Of a stretch of DNA of 40,887 nt, positions 34,843 through 40,887 are shown in pieces; within the stretch, counting starts at the first letter, position 1, and the number at the start of each line of letters is the position of its first letter. The notes under the pieces were generated by a model that ran no database searches, was not told the origin of the DNA, and saw only the letters and a program-made list of their open reading frames with translations. The DNA comes from a virus (taxonomy: Duplodnaviria > Caudoviricetes), in IMG/VR virus record IMGVR_UViG_3300038312_000091, positions 1 through 40,887 of that record; one strand, given 5' to 3'. The position numbers and the translations under genes were made by a program.

Positions 34843-34904
34843 GCACGGACTTGTGACCGTTGCCAGTGCATTAATCGGGGGGTTACACCCCGACCACTCT
34901 GCTA
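34843..34904 (-). ncRNA. Structured RNA motif copy 3 (skipping-rope-like)
   Basis: GCAGAGTGG-TCGGGG..CCCCGA-TTAATGC..ACGG TCACAAGT CCGT. Confidence 0.68.
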
Positions 34905-35345
34905 TATTTCTTCAAAATCATCTTCATCATCTTCATCATCGTCATACTCTGGTTCAGGCTTCTTCTTTTTCTTATCAGCCTTTTTATCAACCTTTTTGTC
35001 TTCTTTTTTCTTCTTGGTGTCTTTGATTTCTTCTTCCTCTTCATCGGTTACATCTTCAATCTCAGCACCCTTTTTGCCAGCCTTTTTATTGTCCTTCTTC
35101 ACGGGCTTTTTTCTTTCCTTATTCTCTGGAGCATCTTCCAGTGTCATGATGCTATTAGCATACTTTTCATTCTTAGCATTAGTTTGAACTCCAGTCTTTT
35201 TGCTGAACACCATTTCGCTGCCATCTTTCTTCTCACACTTGATTTCTGTTTTGCTTACTGCTGTAACCTCTACATCTGTTAACCTGATTCCTGTAAAACC
35301 TATTAGAGCTACTTTCTCACCTTTTTTTACTTCTGCTAGTGACAT
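34902..35345 (-). CDS. Hypothetical protein, small beta domain plus Lys/acidic tail
   Basis: AGGAGG RBS; first gene after a strong promoter. Confidence 0.8.
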   Translation of the reverse strand: MSLAEVKKGEKVALIGFTGIRLTDVEVTAVSKTEIKCEKKDGSEMVFSKKTGVQTNAKNEKYANSIMTLEDAPENKERKKPVKKDNKKAGKKGAEIEDVTDEEEEEIKDTKKKKEDKKVDKKADKKKKKPEPEYDDDEDDEDDFEEI

Positions 35346-35422
35346 TCTAACATCCTCCTAAAATTTTATTTTTTATTTTTGTTAATCCTACAGTTTCGTG
35401 TAGGTATTAACCTCATGACTCT

Positions 35423-35451
35423 ATTATAATCGTTTATCTTTTAAAAGTAAA
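35423..35451 (-). promoter_or_regulatory. SigmaA-type promoter TTTACT-17-TATAAT
   Basis: Shares AAAAATAAGTCTTTACTTTT with the 3123-3151 copy. Confidence 0.8.
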
Positions 35452-35495
35452 GACTTATTTTTATTAAATTCGATAATTTTTCTTTTTATTCGACT

Positions 35496-37232
35496 TTATT
35501 TGCTACCCCAAGCTCCGACACCGACATCAGCAACTAAAGGTACTTTGAAGTCAACGTCAAATATATCCATTATCTTAGGTCTAGCCATAATTCGTTGTAT
35601 TTCGACTTTTGCATCTTCAACATATTCATCAGCGACATCAGCAAGCATGGAATCGTGCACAGTTCCTACTAAAAACCCATTCATCTCTTTTCTCAGCAGC
35701 TTGTCTACTTCTACCGATGCTGATATCAATAGGTCTGACCCTGTTGATTGTACGGGTGTGTTTATACCCTTTCTGACTGCTGAGCTGCGTTCCCACCTGT
35801 CGCTGCTGTATATATCGGGTAAAGCCCTAAATCTTCCAAACCTGTTAGCTACACCTCCCAAAGCTTCAACAATCTCTTCCACTTCTTGATGCCACGACAA
35901 CAATCGTGAATACTTTTGGAAGAATAGTTGTCTGAATCTTTCTGCTTCTTGCCTGCTTAAAACAACATTGTAGTTATCAAAAGCATAATTTACAAATCCT
36001 GGTGCCATCATACCATATATAAAACCAAAGTTCACAGCTTTTGCTTTTGTTCTCATATCTTTAGTAACTTTATCCTCAAGCACTCCAGATACAGCAGCAG
36101 CTGTTGTAGTGTGTATGTCTCCCCCTTCTCTGTATATTTTTAGCATAGTGAGCTCATTTGCATAATCTGCTGCTATCCTTAATTCAAGTTGTGAATAGTC
36201 AGCTTCTATAAGACTTCTACCCTCTTTGGCTGTAAACAAATTTCTCAATTCAGGATTGCGGGGGACTTGTTGTAAGTTTGGGTCTGAACAGCTTGTCCTT
36301 CCTGTCCTCACGTTTGTTATACCAAAACTTGGGTGAATTCTCCCGTCATAAGCAGCATAATCTCCCCACTTGTTGAGAAATTTTGTGTTAGCCCCATAAT
36401 AAAATTTATAGTCAGCAAGTTGTTGTGAAAGTTCAAAGCCCTTAGCACACAATCTCTTTAAGACTTTAGCATCAGCAGAGGGTTTACCTGTTTTCTGAGA
36501 TAATTTTATTGTGGGCAATCCTGCTTTATCAAACAACACATCTGATACTTGTTGAGGACTATTCCAATTTATATCGTATTGGTCTTTTAAAACTTTTAAC
36601 TTTTCTTCTTGCTTCTTCTTGTATAGCTTCTTGACTTTTGACAACTTATTAAGGTCAATGTAAATTCCAGATTTTTCTATTCTCCTGTACATTAGGTAGG
36701 CAGGTCTCAAAATCTTATGGTAGTGCTTCCACTGTAGTTCACTCATACTTTCATAAAAGAAACAAAACAATTCCCACGGGTATCTCAAATCACAACCTAA
36801 ATACTTTTCAACTACAGGATTGTTGGGCTTTTTCTTTTCTTTCATTGGTATATCCCAACTTGACACTCCTAAATACTTTTCCGCCATGTCATCAAGAGCA
36901 TGAGATGTTGCTAATTCATAAGCTGTGCCCATCAACATAACATCATGATGTATGGGTAACTTTATACCGTATTTGTGTTCTAAGAACAAAGTGTCAAACT
37001 TTCCATTCTGCCAGATGAGTTTTATCTTGTTCTTTTTGAGCTTATCCACTATTTTTAACAACTTATCTAAATCTTTATCTTGATACATATTACATATAAT
37101 TGTTTTTCCAAGAGGGCTACCAATATCTTCAGCAAGCCCTATACCCACATAATTTATATCATCTTTATATCTATTTAAGCCTGTAGATTCAATATCTATT
37201 GTAGCATAATTGTATTTACTCACAGTCCCCAT
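35496..37232 (-). CDS. polA: Family A DNA polymerase with 3'-5' exonuclease
   Basis: DIE, N.KFD, Y...D exonuclease motifs; TGR.S...PNLQ, DYSQLELR, KAVNFGFIYG, VHDS. Confidence 0.95.
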   Translation of the reverse strand: MGTVSKYNYATIDIESTGLNRYKDDINYVGIGLAEDIGSPLGKTIICNMYQDKDLDKLLKIVDKLKKNKIKLIWQNGKFDTLFLEHKYGIKLPIHHDVMLMGTAYELATSHALDDMAEKYLGVSSWDIPMKEKKKPNNPVVEKYLGCDLRYPWELFCFFYESMSELQWKHYHKILRPAYLMYRRIEKSGIYIDLNKLSKVKKLYKKKQEEKLKVLKDQYDINWNSPQQVSDVLFDKAGLPTIKLSQKTGKPSADAKVLKRLCAKGFELSQQLADYKFYYGANTKFLNKWGDYAAYDGRIHPSFGITNVRTGRTSCSDPNLQQVPRNPELRNLFTAKEGRSLIEADYSQLELRIAADYANELTMLKIYREGGDIHTTTAAAVSGVLEDKVTKDMRTKAKAVNFGFIYGMMAPGFVNYAFDNYNVVLSRQEAERFRQLFFQKYSRLLSWHQEVEEIVEALGGVANRFGRFRALPDIYSSDRWERSSAVRKGINTPVQSTGSDLLISASVEVDKLLRKEMNGFLVGTVHDSMLADVADEYVEDAKVEIQRIMARPKIMDIFDVDFKVPLVADVGVGAWGSK

Positions 37233-37561
37233 CCACCCCCTTCTTTGCTGTGATTATCACAAGTGTCAAAATATCCAACTGTTCTCCCATTGCAAGTCCC
37301 GTAATTCTTATTGGCGTGTCCTGTGGTGTTGAACTTAGTACAATTTCCACATATACCAAAGCTAAAAGCACCTTTTATAGCAAAAGTGTCTTCTAGTCTT
37401 TGTAAACACACAAGAGCATCTTTATACTTCATCTTTGTCTCTCCGCTGGTGTCTTTTTCTACTATCAGCCCAGACTTGGGATTCTCATCAATCAACTTCT
37501 GTAGGGCTTTCTTAGAGCACAACAAAAACATCTCAAGTTCATTCTTTTTATAGCCCTTCAT
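37220..37561 (-). CDS. Hypothetical protein with C-terminal Cys/His cluster
   Basis: CGNC..C..C..H. Confidence 0.7.
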   Translation of the reverse strand: MKGYKKNELEMFLLCSKKALQKLIDENPKSGLIVEKDTSGETKMKYKDALVCLQRLEDTFAIKGAFSFGICGNCTKFNTTGHANKNYGTCNGRTVGYFDTCDNHSKEGGGWGL

Positions 37562-37565
37562 AAGG

Positions 37566-37877
37566 TCATCTCCTCATCTTGTGTAGTAAACAGTGGTCTG
37601 TGGGTATACGCCACCCAGTATAGTTTTGAGGGTAACACATAGCTTTGTCCCCTCTGTCGTTAAACTTTATAAATTCGCAAGTCTTGCATGTGTTGACTAT
37701 AGCTTTTTCTTCATTTTGTATAGACTCTATTAAATTAGATAGCTTATTCGCCAACTCAGTGTATTTTAACACCACTTTTTTGCCCTTAATTTTAATTTTT
37801 ATATCTCCCGTGGGACTTTCTTCAGCCACCTTATTTAAAATTAAACTAGCACATTTTAAAATGGTCTTATCGTCCAA
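37566..37877 (-). CDS. Hypothetical protein, probable paralog of 37220..37561
   Basis: CKTC..C..C..H; similar N-terminus. Confidence 0.7.
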   Translation of the reverse strand: MDDKTILKCASLILNKVAEESPTGDIKIKIKGKKVVLKYTELANKLSNLIESIQNEEKAIVNTCKTCEFIKFNDRGDKAMCYPQNYTGWRIPTDHCLLHKMRR

Positions 37878-37879
37878 GA

Positions 37880-38107
37880 TTATAAACCTCCTTTCTCATA
37901 TACAAGTATTCCCGACTTATTATATTCTTGTATAGCCTTTAATAGTGTTCTTCTATCGCTGTAACGCTGTTTCACCATCTCTATAACATCCCCTTTTTGC
38001 AGGGCTACTATAGTATTCATACCGCAGGATTCTTTTGCTGTTTTTATGCAATTCAGAGCTACTTTTTTATCAACCTCATAAGTCTTGTTGTTTATGATTA
38101 AAATCAT
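37880..38107 (-). CDS. Hypothetical protein
   Basis: Coupled ORF. Confidence 0.65.
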   Translation of the reverse strand: MILIINNKTYEVDKKVALNCIKTAKESCGMNTIVALQKGDVIEMVKQRYSDRRTLLKAIQEYNKSGILVYEKGGL

Positions 38108-40044
38108 CTCTTTGCTCCTCTCAATTTAATACCCCTCCAACAGGCTTCTCTGCTTTTAGGGTGTCTAGCTTCTGTAAAGCCCTGACCTCTCATGTGTCGT
38201 AAAAATATATGTTTTTTATGAGGCTCTCTGCCTGTCTCTATACAAAAAGCAGCATAGGCTTCATATAAAGCTCTTTTAGTTACCCATTTTTTTACTCCTA
38301 ACTCACATTTTTGTTGTGTGAAGGCATGTATGCTGTCGCTATCTTGCCTCAAACTTTCCACCAATCGGTCACTTGTTTCTGTTCTTGATATTTCTGATAT
38401 AGGAAGTCTATCCAGCAGATGGGGTATTACTTCAGCTATACTCTCATCAGAACACAGTTTGTCCACATATTCATTGTTTAGAAACAGTTCCTTGTTCATG
38501 TATAATATTCTCATTCTTTTGTAAAAAGCATTAGACTTTTCTTCCAGTTGAAGCGGCATCTGGTTGAATGAAAACAACAATTTAGCAAAAGGCACAAAGA
38601 AAAATGGTTCTTTACCCTTCTTCTCGTGCATTATCATGTCGCCACCAGTAATTTTCTTCAAGTTCTCTATACTAGACAGCGGCAAAGACTTGTTGTCAGC
38701 ACAAGAATTCAGCAATTTATTGTACAACTGAGCAGGATAAAATCTCATATTAAGTTCATGCATAGACAGGGCTGAGGTATTTTCTTTACCCACAAGAGAT
38801 TCAAAAAATCTTATTAACACAGACTTTCCTGTATTAGATTGTCCCTGAAGCACCATAAAGGTCTTGAGCCCAAAATCTAATGTTAAGCAATAAGCAGCGT
38901 ATTCTATAATCATGTCTAAATCTTCATCACTCAGCTCAACTTCATTCTTTAGAAATTTGTACAACAGGGTACTCTCCCAAGACTTTTTGGATTTTTTAAC
39001 TTCGTGCGGTATTTGCAGTGTTTGTAGGTATTTACTGTCGTGGGGTAAAAGTTTAGATTGTTGTATATCCCACACACCGTTCTTGAAGTTGATTAGATTC
39101 TTGTCTCTATTTAAGTCTGTGGATGCTCTTTGTATTCTTGTGTCGTCTATCAGCAACCTGTAACATTCCATTATTCTGGATTGAGTTATGAGATTATCAG
39201 CTGATATCATCTCTTTTATTGAATTTCTCACATAAGAGCTTGCTTCCACATATACCCCATCTTTATATTGATAGCAATCACCGCCTATTACAAACACGTC
39301 ACCCTTGTTTACAAAGTAATCGCATATAGCTCTGTTATTCACCATAGAGGGGTTGCCTTTATCATTATATATCAAGTACGGATTCTCACCCTGTGGTCTT
39401 GCTTCATATTTCTTGGTATTAACTACAATCTTTTCAAGTTCCTCAGTATCCATAGGTTGAGCAAATATTGTTGTGTTTATCACTTCTGCTATTGTCTCTA
39501 TTTGAGATTCAGAAGCCCCTCTGTGCTTATAAGCCATCAAGTGTCCAAATAGAGTAGAATTTCTGCCGTCACCCTCTTTTAACCCCAGCAAGCTTTCTTT
39601 TCTATTCGGGATGGGTGTAAATTCTAATGGCAAGTCCATTATTCCCCTACTTTTGTTAAAACTTCTGCCATCTACCCCAAAGGGTAAAAGGACATAACCT
39701 TTATTAGCACACCTGAAGTCACACTTCAGTCCAAAGGGGGTAACCATTCCAATTTTTTGCGGGTAATCTTTGTCTGTCTTAAAGTATAGATGTATTCCTT
39801 TTGGTGTCTTACACATCAGGGTTTTTAGTCTTAATTTCTTTATTACTTGTAGAGCTTGTTCTTTTCCTTCATCTATATCTACAATTATGTATCCTGACCT
39901 AACCCACCAACCAATTGTGCCTCCAGAGAATAGATGGTGCTCAGCTGTAGCTAAATTGACTATAGCAGGGTCAACTCTTTCTTTGCCTTGACATCTAACA
40001 TAACTATCCTGCCCCACCAAAGAATTAAATTCACGCAAATTCAA
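38104..40044 (-). CDS. Primase-helicase (prim-pol + PriCT + D5/SF3 helicase)
   Basis: VDID, T.KG.HLYF, EG.GRN..LF, NF.NG, GQSNTGKS, KKITGGD. Confidence 0.92.
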   Translation of the reverse strand: MNLREFNSLVGQDSYVRCQGKERVDPAIVNLATAEHHLFSGGTIGWWVRSGYIIVDIDEGKEQALQVIKKLRLKTLMCKTPKGIHLYFKTDKDYPQKIGMVTPFGLKCDFRCANKGYVLLPFGVDGRSFNKSRGIMDLPLEFTPIPNRKESLLGLKEGDGRNSTLFGHLMAYKHRGASESQIETIAEVINTTIFAQPMDTEELEKIVVNTKKYEARPQGENPYLIYNDKGNPSMVNNRAICDYFVNKGDVFVIGGDCYQYKDGVYVEASSYVRNSIKEMISADNLITQSRIMECYRLLIDDTRIQRASTDLNRDKNLINFKNGVWDIQQSKLLPHDSKYLQTLQIPHEVKKSKKSWESTLLYKFLKNEVELSDEDLDMIIEYAAYCLTLDFGLKTFMVLQGQSNTGKSVLIRFFESLVGKENTSALSMHELNMRFYPAQLYNKLLNSCADNKSLPLSSIENLKKITGGDMIMHEKKGKEPFFFVPFAKLLFSFNQMPLQLEEKSNAFYKRMRILYMNKELFLNNEYVDKLCSDESIAEVIPHLLDRLPISEISRTETSDRLVESLRQDSDSIHAFTQQKCELGVKKWVTKRALYEAYAAFCIETGREPHKKHIFLRHMRGQGFTEARHPKSREACWRGIKLRGAKR

Positions 40045-40051
40045 CAGTCAA

Positions 40052-40606
40052 TCACCTCAGTTCTCTGTCTATTGTTGTTTGATACATATTATCAGATTCT
40101 TTGAGCCACCTTTCCAATCTCCTTAATTTTTTATCCATCACAACCTCTATTTCATCATCGTATATCAAGTACAGGTTTTTGAGTTGAGCTAACGTCAGAA
40201 CCACAACAGCTGTTTTTTCTATGACCTTAGTTTTCATGTTCTCCAAAGCTGTGGAATGGTCGGGATATCTTGGGTACTTTGTAAGCAAGCAGGCTAAATC
40301 ACAAAGCTCTTTTATAGGGTTAAAAGCACAATTCTTGTACCTCTCATAAAAAGGGTTGTGGTGTCCTGAGTCTATACCAAACATAATATATATGTGGTGT
40401 AAGCACACAGTAACATCAGCAATCTCCTCAACTATATCCAGCCTGTCTTTATGGGTACGGGACAGCACGCTTGCTAATTCGCAACATTCTTCAGCACATA
40501 CCATCATTTGATTGGGATAACCATAGGTGTCTTGAGCTTTTGTGAGTATTTTCAGCATATCATATTGTATCATTTTTATTTCTACCTCTCTTCTTCTTTT
40601 TAGCAA
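40052..40606 (-). CDS. MazG-like all-alpha NTP pyrophosphohydrolase
   Basis: EECCEL...EEIADV; probable start near 40573. Confidence 0.75.
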   Translation of the reverse strand: MLKRRREVEIKMIQYDMLKILTKAQDTYGYPNQMMVCAEECCELASVLSRTHKDRLDIVEEIADVTVCLHHIYIMFGIDSGHHNPFYERYKNCAFNPIKELCDLACLLTKYPRYPDHSTALENMKTKVIEKTAVVVLTLAQLKNLYLIYDDEIEVVMDKKLRRLERWLKESDNMYQTTIDRELR

Positions 40607-40805
40607 TTTGAGCCCTCTTGTGCTTTATCCAACAGGAATAACTGCAGTAGTAAAGGGTTTTAGCTGAATCTCTTGTAAATATCATAATCTTATAGGCATA
40701 TAAATTTGGACTTTGCATTAGAAATACCTTGTTGCATTCTGGGCAAGTCTTTTCAAACCTGCTCAAATAGGATGATGTAATCTTCACACAGTCCTCTTTT
40801 ATCAT
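40560..40805 (-). CDS. Small zinc-finger (TRASH/MYM-like) protein
   Basis: CPEC...YCSYSC with basic tail; overlaps the dCMP deaminase stop across the circular junction. Confidence 0.7.
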   Translation of the reverse strand: MIKEDCVKITSSYLSRFEKTCPECNKVFLMQSPNLYAYKIMIFTRDSAKTLYYCSYSCWIKHKRAQIAKKKKRGRNKNDTI

Positions 40806-40887
40806 ACGATTGTATCATCTTCTTTATAGCCTATATAGTGTGTAACATCAATATCAGCGTTCTCAAGTATTTTTTCTGTTTCTTTAC
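40790..40887. repeat. Terminal overlap, copy 2
   Basis: Identical to bases 2-99. Confidence 0.97.

Larger units (their letters stand above)
1..40887. mobile_element. Complete (circularly assembled) siphovirus-like bacteriophage genome, probably virulent, Firmicutes host
   Basis: Terminal overlap; full set of terminase, portal, head, tail, lysis and replication genes in two opposed arms; no host genes, integrase or repressor seen. Confidence 0.93.

Noticed and set aside
31956-35187. + strand poly-Ser/Phe ORFs (31956..32273, 34606..35187) and alternate-frame 32065..32337
   Set aside because: Shadows of the Asp/Glu/Lys-rich tails of real - strand genes
1-40887. Lysogeny module, tRNA genes, stop-codon reassignment, introns/inteins
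   Set aside because: No integrase, repressor or tRNA recognised; genes are full-length and densely packed in code 11; PolA, TerL and primase have normal uninterrupted sizes

Overview
The window appears to be a complete, circularly assembled genome of about 40.8 kb from a low-GC, long-tailed (siphovirus-like) phage, probably infecting a Firmicutes/Clostridia host. The host inference rests on GGAGG ribosome-binding sites, sigmaA-type promoters, a Prp-type NLQLFA motif and an Amidase_3 lysin. Bases 2-99 are repeated at 40790-40887. The + strand arm (about 6.2-25.4 kb) carries an A118/SPP1-like packaging, head, tail and lysis module. The - strand arm (25.5-40.8 kb, continuing through the junction to 5.3 kb) carries replication genes (primase-helicase, PolA, Sak4-like ATPase, SSB, SNF2, VRR-NUC), nucleotide-metabolism genes and early genes. 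I found no integrase or repressor. The main finding is a compact DNA base-hypermodification operon: amino-acid:DNA transferase-like, hm-base DNA kinase-like P-loop, dNMP kinase and thymidylate-synthase-fold genes, plus MazG-like, dCMP deaminase and DUF2284-like genes elsewhere on the same arm. Its TS-fold enzyme has the Asp that specifies dCMP rather than the Asn that specifies dUMP, hinting at a cytosine-based or rerouted hypermodification pathway. Other notable features are three copies of a covarying structured RNA motif sitting on stop codons, a MuF-type head protein fused to an ADP-ribosyltransferase domain, a repeat-rich ori/pac-like region with tandem operators, and a scar left by tail-fibre module exchange. 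All family assignments come from motif recognition by eye; no searches were run.
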